From the NCBI GenBank assembly GCA_050951325.1, contig JBMNIW010000008.1, positions 224,001 through 288,000 on the forward strand: a DNA stretch of 64,000 nt. Direction: 5' to 3'. The DNA comes from Clostridia bacterium. Its GTDB lineage: Bacteria > Bacillota > Clostridia > UBA1212 > DUPL01. Both the position numbers and the translations under genes were made by a program. Positions 9,841-20,476 of the stretch are shown one piece after another; position 1 is the first letter of the stretch; the number at the start of each line of letters is the position of its first letter. A model generated the notes under the pieces. The model was not told where the DNA came from. It worked only from the letters and a program-made list of their open reading frames with translations, and did no database searches.

Positions 9841-11620
9841 TCATGCAGCAGCTTCTTCAGGATAAAAGAAATTCTCCAATAATGAAGAAACCTTAGCTAT
9901 ACGCCCCTCGGCAAAGGGGCTTTCCAAACCTGCCTTTTCTACGCTTTCCAAATAACTCAAGCTCCAGTCACTATTCATCAAGTCCAAATAGTAGTCTACA
10001 CCGCTACCCTTTTTGGCCAATTCATGCTCATATATCTGTATTGCTGCATCGTTTGAAATGCAGTAGCCGATGATGTAAAAAGGCAGTTCGTAAAAATGAA
10101 TTATATCAACCCATTGAAGCGAATAGTAGTCTTTCCATTCATCATCATATAATCCAAAACTTACAGCGCACTGGTTGGCTATACTATTTATATTCTCAAG
10201 AGTAACATCATTCTCTCTGAGACTATAGACCCTCTCTTCAAATTCGTTATAGTATCCCTGGTATATGTATAAATCAAGGGTTTTTAAAAACTGCATCAAC
10301 GAGAGAATACTAACTTCTTCTTCCGAGCAATTGTTTAAGTAATTTAGAATCAGATATCCCATGCTTTGGGATGCCACCTCAGCATCCTCAATACTGACAG
10401 TATAGTCATAATTTAAATATGAGTCGACAAAATGGCCAAACTCATGTGCAAAAATCAATACATCATACGCATTTCCTTCCGGATTCATCAGGATAAACGG
10501 TGCGTCATATGCTCTCAAATACGTCTGGAATGACCCGGGTGCTTTGTTTGGAGATGCGGATATGTCATATAACTCGTACTTCTCCATAAAGCTGAAGATC
10601 TTACCAGTTTTAGTCGACATGTCTACTGCTGCTTTTTTTACAATCTCAAAAACACGCTTCTCATCCATGTTTGGTACTTCCTCAAAGATATAGAAAAGTT
10701 CATCTTGTTTTACCTTTTTATATAATGGAACCAATTCATTTTTAACATCCTGCATGAACAAACTTGCCTGCTCGGCAGTATAGTCCCGGCCAAAATATTC
10801 ATAAGCATAATCCATATATGATTCGTACCCAAGTTCTTGCGCAATTCTCAGGCGAGTCTTCACAAGGTCAACATATATTTCACCCAGGATGTCATTGTAT
10901 TTTTCATAATACATGGTCATCAAGGCATCAAATTCTTCTTCCTCCAAATCCATCTGCAGTATGGTTTCAATGGTTTCTTCCTTGCCATTGTAGTTAATTG
11001 TTGCACTGCTCACTGCCTCTATGTACTCATTAACAAGGCGAGACTCCTCTTGCAGAAGTTTGACAAAATTATCACTGTAAATACTTCCATCTTTATATGA
11101 ATCAAAAAACCCTTCCCCGAAATACTCCAGTTCAAACCTCTCTGCATGACTGCTCTCACTACAGGCAATAAACATTTCTTCGAGTTTTTTGTTGAAATAT
11201 GGGGGTAACCTCTCCAAAGAACTCCACCTCTTCCTTGAAGAAATCATCAGTAGTATCGCTTTTATGCTTGACATAAGCCAAAGCTGACATAGTATAGAAA
11301 TTTTCATAATCCTTTTCCAAAGACTTAACTGCTTTAAGCTTCTTATAAAATGTCGCTTTGCTGTTCACTACTTCAATTATCTCATCAATCTTGTCAAAAA
11401 TTTTATCCGTGTCAGGTCTTTGATATACCATTTCATTGTATGATATGGTGCGTCTTGTATAAAACAAGTCCAGTGAACTTATGAACTCGACAACAGCATA
11501 AAAACCCACCAATCCAATTGCTACAGCGGCAATGATTAAAATAATTCTGTTACGCTTCTTTGCCGCATCTGAATAATTGCTTGCTTCATTCGTTTGAAAA
11601 TAATCCATTATGTACCTCAC
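9841..11620 (-). pseudogene. M3-family oligoendopeptidase with N-terminal TM anchor, split by a +1 indel in a C5 run (~11201-11205)
   Basis: HEFGH zinc motif and EVASQSM; removing one C joins ORFs 11159..11620 and 9841..11307 as ...EVTPYFNKKLEEMF. May be an assembly error. Confidence 0.75.
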
Positions 11621-11675
11621 GAAATTTAATTACCGTGTCAATAATATCACATCATAAACCAATTGTCAAAATCTT

Positions 11676-12377
11676 CTAATCCATATTGTATAAATGTGAA
11701 AGATCACCCATTTGAACAATACGGGCAATTGCAGCATCGTGAAGCTGAGGTGTTCTCTGCATTTCTACAACTGTTACTGATGTGGGCATGAGCTGAAAAC
11801 CATGCCATATTTGAGGTATTGGTATTCTTGTAAGACAGGATACCAATGTCAAACCAAGCCCCATATGACAAAAGAAAACAATTGTTTCATCATCCCTGGC
11901 TTTCTCTGTAACATCATACAGCTGCCCTTTCCTTATGTAACCATACTTTTCAAGCAGCTTGTCAAGCTCATTACCTACCTTCGTATAATATTCATAGATG
12001 CCGCTATCCTTATACACGGAATGACTCATCCAGTCATTGGAGAAAAACACATCCTTGTATTTGTCCCAGTATTGGGGAGTTATATCCCAAGGACAATGAC
12101 AGCCATTATGATGTACAGGAAGACCTTCTTTCTCATAGTCAGGTTTGACAGGGAGTGGAAACTCCTGCAGCCAGTCGAGTATCTCCATATCCATGTTTTT
12201 TATCTTAAGAGTAGCCTTGGCGGTGTCCTTCGCACGACCCAATGGCGAACAATATATCTTGGATATATTAATCTTTTCAAGCCTTTTGGATAACAAATCA
12301 GCTTCAATCCAACCCTTTGGTGTCAGTGTATCGTTCTTGTAATCAGGATCACCGTGTCTAATAATCAACAGCTTCAT
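11676..12377 (-). CDS. Histidine phosphatase (phosphoglycerate mutase-like) family protein
   Basis: IIRHGDP, SPLGRA..TA, FFCH motifs. Confidence 0.9.
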   Translation of the reverse strand: MKLLIIRHGDPDYKNDTLTPKGWIEADLLSKRLEKINISKIYCSPLGRAKDTAKATLKIKNMDMEILDWLQEFPLPVKPDYEKEGLPVHHNGCHCPWDITPQYWDKYKDVFFSNDWMSHSVYKDSGIYEYYTKVGNELDKLLEKYGYIRKGQLYDVTEKARDDETIVFFCHMGLGLTLVSCLTRIPIPQIWHGFQLMPTSVTVVEMQRTPQLHDAAIARIVQMGDLSHLYNMD

Positions 12378-12535
12378 ATTTTTACTTCCTTTCCAACTAG
12401 TATGTCATATTGCACTGCTCCTCCAATTATATCAATCCATTCTCATTTTGCAATATAACCAAACCTTCTGTCCGGTGCGGTATCACCATTGAGAAGCTTC
12501 AATAATGTAGCCGGATAAACTTTTATGCCTAAAAG

Positions 12536-12575
12536 AAAGAGAGTTGCTGCCTTTAAGAAGCATGCAACTCTCTTT
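12536..12575 (-). terminator. Rho-independent terminator
   Basis: AAAGAGAGTTGC...GCAACTCTCTTT inverted repeat downstream of the DUF4091 gene. Confidence 0.7.
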
Positions 12576-12596
12576 GTATCCTGACATTTAAATTTT

Positions 12597-14255
12597 TTAC
12601 TTTTTCAATGCTTTTTCCAGCTTATTTCCCAACTCAATTCTTGCTTTCACAAATGTTTCGTCATTCTTAGTGTAATCCAATATACTTTTAGATACTTTCT
12701 TTATAATCTTATTGGTTTTCTTTTTACCCAACTCTTTTTCTGCCATGGTTAGGTACTCGAAATCTTCAATGCCGTCACGAACTGCTTCCAGTCTTAACGA
12801 ACCTACAGGACCTCTAATACCTACATGGGCACCATCATAAATAAGAACACCATCTCCATATACATGAGGCATAAGATGTTTTCCTGTTATTGCATCTTCC
12901 CAAGCATTCTCTGTCCAGTTATTTACTGCATAGTATAGAAATCCATCTACATTATATTGTTTTTGCTGCCAGAAAAGTACTCTGTGAACTACGCCCTTTT
13001 GCTCCATTAGTATGTTTGTATAAGGGTCTTGCGGTTCCCAGCATACGTACCACCAAACTTTATCTCCTCTTTTTTTGAACTCTTCCATTCGTTCAGCATA
13101 TGTTCCATACTGTTTGTCGTATTTTTCGGACTGAACGATATATTTAGGCTCTTTCTTGTTCTCTTTAGCCGTCTTGTATGCATATGGTTTATTGCACCAA
13201 ATTCTGATATAGTCTGACATAAATTCGATTTGATCCGTTTTGTAGTCAACCGCTATGTCTGTAAAAAATGGAGCCACCATTCGATAGCCTGGATATACCG
13301 TTTCCAGGTTCATCCCATGAAACTCAATTTCATTCAGAAGATGCATATCAGTAGGTTCATCTACAAAATAGAAGTATCCTTTATCAAACCACTCTTCCTT
13401 CTGGGATAGTTTTTCATGAATAGCTCTCAATCTGTCAAAATTGTAATCTGTTTTATACCCAGTAATGCAAAATGAAGTCACTCTCGGATTGTCCAAGTAT
13501 TCATCTACTCTCGGATCAAGAAGATCATATGGAAGATAATATGCATTTACTCGATTCTCAAGCAGGTAATCATAATATATCTTGTAAAGCTCATTATCGT
13601 CTGAATCCCATTGTTCATGCTTTACGTATACAGCCCAATGGCTAAGATCCATTGCTGTTGTACATGCTGTTGCTTCACTTAGAGTGAAATCCCACACTTT
13701 TGCAAACACTTTTGCTTGCTTGATGGTCTTGCTTCCATCCTTAATAGACAACATTGCTTCGTAAATGCCTGCTGGTGTATCAGGTGTGGTCTTTATTTTA
13801 ATATAGAAGGCTTGCGATTTAGACCCTTCTAAATTAAACTCAGAAGACAGCGGCACAATAGGATCAGGCGTCATTGCATCTCCCGTACTGATATAATGTT
13901 CAATGAATAGTTCAGCGGGAATTGCATCTCCTGCTTCATTTTTAAATTCAGTAATTTCTGCTGTCAGGTTTTCCTTATCATTTTCTGAATAGAGAACGAA
14001 CTGACAACCCTCAATCTCGTTCTTTGCAAGACGTATGTAATATGAATTATTTCCTTTGGGCTTCTCATCTTGCGCTACTTTTGTAAAAGAATGTACAAAT
14101 GTAAGTTTAAGTGTACTATCTTCATGTTCTGCAATGATTGGCTTATAATCCTTTGTTGGATCAAACTCTTTGTTGCAGGAATACAAGAAAACTGATACCA
14201 GCAAAACTGGCAACAAGAGTAAACATAACTTCTTTATGTAGTTGTTCCTACGCAT
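12597..14255 (-). CDS. DUF4091-domain glycoside hydrolase (GH123-like) lipoprotein
   Basis: Lipobox LYSC; LAKNE.EG.Q, YFVDEP, WWYVC..P, GFLYY, GDG.LIY.G, SLRLE..RDGIEDFEYL. Confidence 0.85.
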   Translation of the reverse strand: MRRNNYIKKLCLLLLPVLLVSVFLYSCNKEFDPTKDYKPIIAEHEDSTLKLTFVHSFTKVAQDEKPKGNNSYYIRLAKNEIEGCQFVLYSENDKENLTAEITEFKNEAGDAIPAELFIEHYISTGDAMTPDPIVPLSSEFNLEGSKSQAFYIKIKTTPDTPAGIYEAMLSIKDGSKTIKQAKVFAKVWDFTLSEATACTTAMDLSHWAVYVKHEQWDSDDNELYKIYYDYLLENRVNAYYLPYDLLDPRVDEYLDNPRVTSFCITGYKTDYNFDRLRAIHEKLSQKEEWFDKGYFYFVDEPTDMHLLNEIEFHGMNLETVYPGYRMVAPFFTDIAVDYKTDQIEFMSDYIRIWCNKPYAYKTAKENKKEPKYIVQSEKYDKQYGTYAERMEEFKKRGDKVWWYVCWEPQDPYTNILMEQKGVVHRVLFWQQKQYNVDGFLYYAVNNWTENAWEDAITGKHLMPHVYGDGVLIYDGAHVGIRGPVGSLRLEAVRDGIEDFEYLTMAEKELGKKKTNKIIKKVSKSILDYTKNDETFVKARIELGNKLEKALKK

Positions 14256-14333
14256 AAAATAACTCCTTTTGTATATTATAGCTTACTATAGATTATATTC
14301 ATTGTACTAAAAAATACAAGATGTTTGTATAAA

Positions 14334-14358
14334 GAAGTCCTCGCGCAGCGAGGACTTT
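14334..14358 (-). terminator. Rho-independent terminator
   Basis: AAGTCCTCGC-gca-GCGAGGACTT hairpin right after the phosphoesterase stop. Confidence 0.7.
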
Positions 14359-14360
14359 CA

Positions 14361-15707
14361 TTACTTGCCAGATATTTTTACAACTCTAAAATGTCCGTCT
14401 GTAGCATTTTTTGTTACAATTTGCATTCTGCCAGGCAAAAACTCGTCTTCGTGGTCGAAATGCACATGACCTGCAAATATAGCTTGAACGTTATTGTTCT
14501 CATCTGTTATCAGGTTGTAGAAAAGGGTGGTTGATTCTGCCGGACTTACTCCACCAGGTCCCATCAGGATGGGTTTTCCCCAGACATCTATTGTGGCTTG
14601 AGCCAACGTATCGACATATATGGGGATATGCATGATTATTATCGTTGGCAAACCATTTTCAAGCTGTTTTTTGGTAAGTTCATACTGCTCATATGTTACT
14701 TGATCCTGACTGTTGTTAATAGCGATTATCTGAAGATCATCAAACTGTTTAACTTGAAAATCCGTATTGCCTCCGCACAAATCCTTGTATTTAGGAATAT
14801 ACTTTTCCTTGGTGCTTTGTGAATGATAGTCAAATTCAAAAGACCAGTCGTGATTTCCTAGAACATATAATGAGGGAACTTTGCTCCTGCTAACGTTATC
14901 TGCAATTGCTTTAATATTCGCCTCTGTTGGGAAATCGGCAATGTCACCTGTAAGGAATATCATGTCAGCGTTTACTTTTTCTGCGTATTCAAAGAAAGCT
15001 GGGAATCTATCACCAGAGGGGATCCCGTCTGCGGTCTTGAATACTTGTGACCTGCCATAAGCTGATGCTTTTACTTCTTTTGTGTCATCGTCAGAAAAGA
15101 GTGTAAGATGACTGTCAGTTACATGTACAAAAATGTAATCCTTCTTTATACCATCAATTTTCAATTCTGTCTCAATAGGAGAAATTATCATGTCAAGACC
15201 ATCTCCTTTTTCATAAGTCTTTTTGTTAACAACAATCTTGCCTTTATTGTTAAACTTTTCCAAAAAAGTTTTTATACCGGTATATGTACCATATTCTGTA
15301 CTCCCCTTTATGTATATCTTTTTACCCACAACTTCGATTACATAACCAAACTTCCCCAGCTCTGATACATCAATAGTATGACCATCCCGGTCTACATCCC
15401 CAAGAATAATTTCATATCCTTTGGTATCGCCTACTGAATCTTCCGTTCTTATAGTCAGGTTTGCCCCAGTTATTTTCGAAATCTCATCTTTTAGAAAGTA
15501 TGCGTAGTTCAAGTCTGTCAGAGTGTCCTTGTGAATAATCGTATACTTTGTTTTACCGTTTGATGCAACAGTCAGCGGTTTCTGCGAGAAGTAAACTAAT
15601 AATACAACAGATATTATTACTAATATCAGAACCGGTACAATAACTTTTAATTTCTTCAATACAATCACCTTCAATAGATTTTTCAATTTCATAAACATTA
15701 TATTCAT
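14361..15707 (-). CDS. Membrane-anchored calcineurin-like metallophosphoesterase with N-terminal GH20/GH67-type accessory domain
   Basis: VTDSH, TGDIAD, GNHD, MHIP, AGHVH; N-terminal TM; exact start uncertain. Confidence 0.85.
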   Translation of the reverse strand: MNIMFMKLKNLLKVIVLKKLKVIVPVLILVIISVVLLVYFSQKPLTVASNGKTKYTIIHKDTLTDLNYAYFLKDEISKITGANLTIRTEDSVGDTKGYEIILGDVDRDGHTIDVSELGKFGYVIEVVGKKIYIKGSTEYGTYTGIKTFLEKFNNKGKIVVNKKTYEKGDGLDMIISPIETELKIDGIKKDYIFVHVTDSHLTLFSDDDTKEVKASAYGRSQVFKTADGIPSGDRFPAFFEYAEKVNADMIFLTGDIADFPTEANIKAIADNVSRSKVPSLYVLGNHDWSFEFDYHSQSTKEKYIPKYKDLCGGNTDFQVKQFDDLQIIAINNSQDQVTYEQYELTKKQLENGLPTIIIMHIPIYVDTLAQATIDVWGKPILMGPGGVSPAESTTLFYNLITDENNNVQAIFAGHVHFDHEDEFLPGRMQIVTKNATDGHFRVVKISGK

Positions 15708-15894
15708 TTAAGGGTGAAGTTACAAGAGATTTTATATAAAGGCGAGCTGTAAGCGCTACATATATTTTTATGCATACCACTCTTTTTGCCCTTTGTACAT
15801 TGTCTTGTATATGCCGTTTTTAGCCTCTCTCCTGACAACGACAGAATATACTGATACATTTCTATTTCAGCTATAGGGTCAATTACAAATACCT

Positions 15895-16296
15895 TTGGAA
15901 TATGATGGTGTAAAGAGGTTTTCTGAAGGTTTGGCAGTGGCTTTCAAAGATGGAGTCTTTGGATATATTGACAAAACGGGCAAGTTACCTTTTGATACAC
16001 CTTTTGATTTCATATCTCCTTTTAAAGAAGGTCTTGCATCTATCAGAGTTGAAAGCAAATATGGATTCATCGATAAAAAGGGCGAAATAGCAATACCTAT
16101 CATATATGAGGATGCATTACATTTTTGCAAAGGACTTGCAGCTGTAATGATGAATGACAAATGGGGCTACATTGACAAACAAGGAAATCCTGTTTCATCT
16201 TTTGAGTATGATTATTTAGGCTATGTACATAAGGGTCTTGCTGTAGTTGAAAATGATCACAAATGGGGCATTATTCAATTTTCTACAACATACTGA
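15895..16296 (+). pseudogene. WG (KWG) repeat protein fragment, probably 5'-truncated
   Basis: F.EGLA.V....K.G.IDK.G repeats; the ORF starts mid-repeat at TTG with an in-frame TAG just upstream and no RBS. Confidence 0.65.
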
Positions 16297-16310
16297 TTTC
16301 ATACATACCA

Positions 16311-16345
16311 AAGCATCCCCTACTCTTTAGAGCAAGGGATGCTTT
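16311..16345. terminator. Bidirectional terminator
   Basis: AAGCATCCC...GGGATGCTT between convergent genes. Confidence 0.65.
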
Positions 16346-16367
16346 AACCAAATTCAGTGTAAGGTCT

Positions 16368-19019
16368 TTAACTTCTTTCTATCATAACATTGGCAATTTC
16401 ACCAGGCTTGATTTCAAAGAGGATGCTGCCACCTTCTACCCTGACATTACCAATGGAATTACCAAGAAAATCAACCTTCCTGGCATTAACAGGTGCCTTG
16501 TCAAGTTTAATGACACATGAGTTTTCTGTAGGATCCATATTATACACTCGTATCATTAACTGTTTCTTCTCACGATCCAATGTGTATATGGCAGATAAGA
16601 CAGCACCGGATATACTAAAATAGCTGTGTGAACTGTTCATTGAGCCAGTTGTGTAGCCACCAAAAGGAGTCAATGGTATTTGATAACAAAGCGCATCATT
16701 AACAACATCATTATTACCAGCTTCATTGACATAGAATTTGACGCCATACTCAAAGGTATGCTCGCCAATTTGTTTGCTGTCTTCAGTAAGCCATCTTACA
16801 CCTTTGCCGCAACTGGTTTCATCCCTGGTTGGGTTATCCGTTTTGTACACCTTGTCAACAGACCGAAGCAGTGTTAAACAAACACGGGTGCTGTTTTCAT
16901 CCCTTATGGCTTCGTACTCATGGGTGCTTCTTGAAAATACGGCTACACTCAGGTCCCCTTTGAGGTATAAAAGGTTGCGCATAGGCATTGTCATAATATT
17001 CTCGGACTTCAACTCTGATTTGTGATAAATTGGACGCTCAGTCAAATCAAAAGCCGTGTCACTGAAACCAGATTTGTATTCTTCATCAAAATCAAATACA
17101 GCCCTTATACGATGATTCCAGCCTTTGTTGTTAACTCTAGTCTTGAACATTATTGTATCAGAGTAATTATCAAGAGTAACTGTTGTTTCAAGATGCACAG
17201 GCTCATTATTCTTAATATAGCTTAAATAAATATCCATGGATGAAGAGTGCTTGCTCACCGTTGTTTTGATCTCTGCATCAAGTTTATCAGTAAACAACTT
17301 GTCACCCAAAGGATTGGTAGTATAACTGTCACCCTCATCCGTTTCATCTTCAAAGAAATGAAGATTATTAAGAGTCCTGCCCGTTCTTTTGATGGTGATA
17401 TTTATTGTACCGTTATCATTCGCTTTAACATGGTAGAACTTGTTCTCTATACTGTTTGACGGTACATTTACATATGAGTTCACACATTTCTTGCCATCAA
17501 CCAGGTAATATGCCTTATACCCACATGCAGGTATATCACTTGCATAAAACTCATACTCAATGCCGGTAAAATAATCCTTGTTGGTCATGGGTTCCAATGC
17601 TACTCTTGTTGTATCATCGTACACCTCCTGATATTCATCCTTTTTCATGGTTTCAATATCACGCCGCTTCAAAAATGTACGACGTATTATCGCATCTTTC
17701 ACAACATTATTATCCTCATCGACAAGCAATTCACCTTGAGCTTCGCACGGTACTATTAACTTGCCGCAAACCCTTTCGCTTCGCACAAATGGAAGAGGAT
17801 TATATACAATTATTGCAGAGTCTGACATCTTGGGTTTTATACTGCTCCCCAATTGATATAACTCTAGCTTTTCCACCTCTCTTGCCATTTGATAAGCGTG
17901 TATTATTCTCATTTTTACATCCTGATTCGTACTGTCCACATTACATCCGCAGATGGAATCGTGGGCATGGGAAGCTACAAGCTTTTTCCATGCATTCTCA
18001 TAAAAAGGTTTGGTATCCAGATAATCAAACAAATCCAAATGCGGATTTATCGCATGAAGAGGTTCGCATAAGTACTGTAGTTTATTCTCAACCATTCGAT
18101 TTAACATCTTGATATCGATTCTGGTGGATAACGTGTTTCCTAACGCAAAGTGACTCTTGTATTCACCTCGCTGCTCGCCATACCCCGTTTCCAGCTGTTC
18201 ACCCAGTTCTTCTACCATAGAATCAAAGAATTCTTCAAGTGTACTTTCTTTTATTTTATACTCATCTTTAAACTCTTCTTTCAGAGTTGCAATAGTTTCA
18301 GTTAGATTGTCATTTGGTTCCAAATGATCTATTCCAACTACCAACAAACGGTTTCGTCCTTTATACCTGTTATCCTGATAAGCCATAGTGGCCTTAAAGC
18401 TATTTATTACCTGCTCTTTGCTCATATCTATACGGTCATAACTTCTCCAGACAGAAGGAATAGTTATGCCAACACCTATGCTGTATGCTTCAAACAAAGC
18501 ATAAACCGAGCTTTTATCAGGAGCTTCCCATATAAATTCGGCGGTGTCTTTGCCAGAGTCTAGTCTAAGCCCCCTTGAAAACATGGCATACTTGTATCCA
18601 AACAACTTATATATTTGCGGCAGCTGAGAAACCAAGCCAAAGCTGTCCGGACTGTAACCAACTTTAAGGCATCCCCCAAACTCTTTACAAACACTATACC
18701 CAATTAGAAGATTGCGAACCAAAGATTCACCAGAAGGAATCATCATATCGGGAACGGTGTACCAGGGACCGGGTACAAGTCTGCCCTTGCTGATTAACTC
18801 TTTTAAAATGTTTTTGTCCTCTGGTTTTATTTCCAAATAGTCTTCCAACATTATGCTTTGACCATCCAGCAAATAATTAGGATAGTTGTCGTCATGCAAT
18901 AGTTTTATCACCTTTTCAATAAGACGAACCAACCTTATCTGATATCTGCGGAATGGCAAATACCATTCTCTATCCCAATGTGTACTAGGAACAATGTGTA
19001 TGATCTTTTTAGTACTCAT
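16368..19019 (-). CDS. GH38 alpha-mannosidase
   Basis: THWDREWY, LLDGQ, GPWY..PD, GESLVRNL, PDSFG, HAHDSICGC. Confidence 0.92.
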   Translation of the reverse strand: MSTKKIIHIVPSTHWDREWYLPFRRYQIRLVRLIEKVIKLLHDDNYPNYLLDGQSIMLEDYLEIKPEDKNILKELISKGRLVPGPWYTVPDMMIPSGESLVRNLLIGYSVCKEFGGCLKVGYSPDSFGLVSQLPQIYKLFGYKYAMFSRGLRLDSGKDTAEFIWEAPDKSSVYALFEAYSIGVGITIPSVWRSYDRIDMSKEQVINSFKATMAYQDNRYKGRNRLLVVGIDHLEPNDNLTETIATLKEEFKDEYKIKESTLEEFFDSMVEELGEQLETGYGEQRGEYKSHFALGNTLSTRIDIKMLNRMVENKLQYLCEPLHAINPHLDLFDYLDTKPFYENAWKKLVASHAHDSICGCNVDSTNQDVKMRIIHAYQMAREVEKLELYQLGSSIKPKMSDSAIIVYNPLPFVRSERVCGKLIVPCEAQGELLVDEDNNVVKDAIIRRTFLKRRDIETMKKDEYQEVYDDTTRVALEPMTNKDYFTGIEYEFYASDIPACGYKAYYLVDGKKCVNSYVNVPSNSIENKFYHVKANDNGTINITIKRTGRTLNNLHFFEDETDEGDSYTTNPLGDKLFTDKLDAEIKTTVSKHSSSMDIYLSYIKNNEPVHLETTVTLDNYSDTIMFKTRVNNKGWNHRIRAVFDFDEEYKSGFSDTAFDLTERPIYHKSELKSENIMTMPMRNLLYLKGDLSVAVFSRSTHEYEAIRDENSTRVCLTLLRSVDKVYKTDNPTRDETSCGKGVRWLTEDSKQIGEHTFEYGVKFYVNEAGNNDVVNDALCYQIPLTPFGGYTTGSMNSSHSYFSISGAVLSAIYTLDREKKQLMIRVYNMDPTENSCVIKLDKAPVNARKVDFLGNSIGNVRVEGGSILFEIKPGEIANVMIERS

Positions 19020-19203
19020 GATTCACCTTCACTGTTTTTTTGATATGTTATCATTTAGTATCATTAACGTCAATAATATGGCTTTATTTGGAGTACTAAT
19101 TATGGAAACGTTATACCTCTTTTTTAGCGACTCGTATCGCAGATCAGACAAATACTGTCATTTTATCAGCATCATATGACAAGTAATATCGAATGTTTTT
19201 TTC

Positions 19204-20112
19204 TTGTTGACACCAGTAATTTCCAGCGTTATTATTAGTAAAATTATATATGGGACGGTGAACATTTTGAAATCAAGGAAAATATGGGTTATATCCATTG
19301 TATCAATTATTTCTATAATAATAGTGCTGATTGCAGGGGCCATTATTCGCCATAATATTAAACTAAAAAAATATACTGAATACCTGAAAGATAAATATGG
19401 TGTGAGTGACAGCGAAATTCGATTCAAATCGTATAAAAAAGAACATAACGTATATGAAGGTGATTTTTATGGTCCTTATAAACGAAAAGTTCCAAGTATC
19501 ATTACATATGAAGTAAATGACAGAACTGTCAAAGTTGTAGATAATGGCACTACTATTTGCGATGACTATCAAATTAAAGATATCAGTTATATTGCAGCAG
19601 AGCATTTTTCTAAAATAACCGGTTATAACGTGGAGTTTGTTGAGTTTAAGAGTAATAGCAGATATGGTAATGGATTTAGCGATTCCTTGTCTGAATATAT
19701 GCAAACCAAGAACAATTCCGTCATTACTCTTGATAACATTGAGAATTTTCTTGTTGGCTATAAGAATTTTGATCCGAATTTATTTACCTCTATTAATTTA
19801 TTTATAAATATAGCTAGTTATGATGATCTTGACACGTTGGTTAAAGATATTGATGCAAAACTTTTTCCCTATATTAAAAGGACAGGTCTTTATAACATGG
19901 GAATTTGGCTATATCAAGGAAATGGACAGAAACTAGCAATCACAAGAAGTTCCCTTAGGAACAGCAAAATTCTACCTCATTACTTCTGCAACTATTATGT
20001 AGGCGATCTTGATAACATAATAGCTTACTTATTTTGCGGTACTAAAAAGAATTTCAGACAAGTAGGCAATTTCAGCGTAGATGAAAGAGGAATTTGGTTT
20101 TTTAGCAGATAA
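19204..20112 (+). CDS. Hypothetical membrane-anchored protein (start probably GTG 19258 or TTG 19267)
   Basis: 302 aa ORF, N-terminal TM followed by YLKDKYG; followed by a terminator. Confidence 0.65.
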   Translation: MLTPVISSVIISKIIYGTVNILKSRKIWVISIVSIISIIIVLIAGAIIRHNIKLKKYTEYLKDKYGVSDSEIRFKSYKKEHNVYEGDFYGPYKRKVPSIITYEVNDRTVKVVDNGTTICDDYQIKDISYIAAEHFSKITGYNVEFVEFKSNSRYGNGFSDSLSEYMQTKNNSVITLDNIENFLVGYKNFDPNLFTSINLFINIASYDDLDTLVKDIDAKLFPYIKRTGLYNMGIWLYQGNGQKLAITRSSLRNSKILPHYFCNYYVGDLDNIIAYLFCGTKKNFRQVGNFSVDERGIWFFSR

Positions 20113-20115
20113 ATC

Positions 20116-20148
20116 AAAAAATCCTGTCGATTTCTCGGCAGGATTTTT
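20116..20148. terminator. Bidirectional terminator
   Basis: AAAAATCCTGTCGA-tttc-TCGGCAGGATTTTT. Confidence 0.75.
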
Positions 20149-20224
20149 CATATTCTTGTTTATACTACTTCTTCCCCCTGTAGTTTAAGATCGCAATATT
20201 GAATTATTTGTACTTTTCTTCTTC

Positions 20225-20389
20225 CTATATCATTTTGTACTTAATGTATTGTCTTATCATGCAAGCAGCAAAAATAAATAATGACAATATTATGGAAGCC
20301 ACTAATCTCATTGACATCACCACATAAAATAATATAAATGAAAATAAGGCAAGAACCGCACATTCAATTATTACTCTAGTTTTATTCAT
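20225..20389 (-). CDS. Small (54 aa) two-TM membrane protein, below the ORF-track cutoff
   Basis: RBS GAGGAG-N7-ATG; MNKTRVIIECAVLALFSFILFYVVMSMRLVASIILSLFIFAACMIRQYIKYKMI*. Confidence 0.55.
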   Translation of the reverse strand: MNKTRVIIECAVLALFSFILFYVVMSMRLVASIILSLFIFAACMIRQYIKYKMI

Positions 20390-20476
20390 AAATCTCTCCT
20401 CCTCAGCATGACAAAGTAAACGAATTAATCAAACTACAGTATAATCCATTTATAGCCAAAATACAATATCCGACCT

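Noticed and set aside
11185-11205. Programmed frameshift or phase variation in the M3 peptidase
   Set aside because: The C5 run is too short for phase variation and no stimulatory structure is evident; similar indels elsewhere point to error or decay
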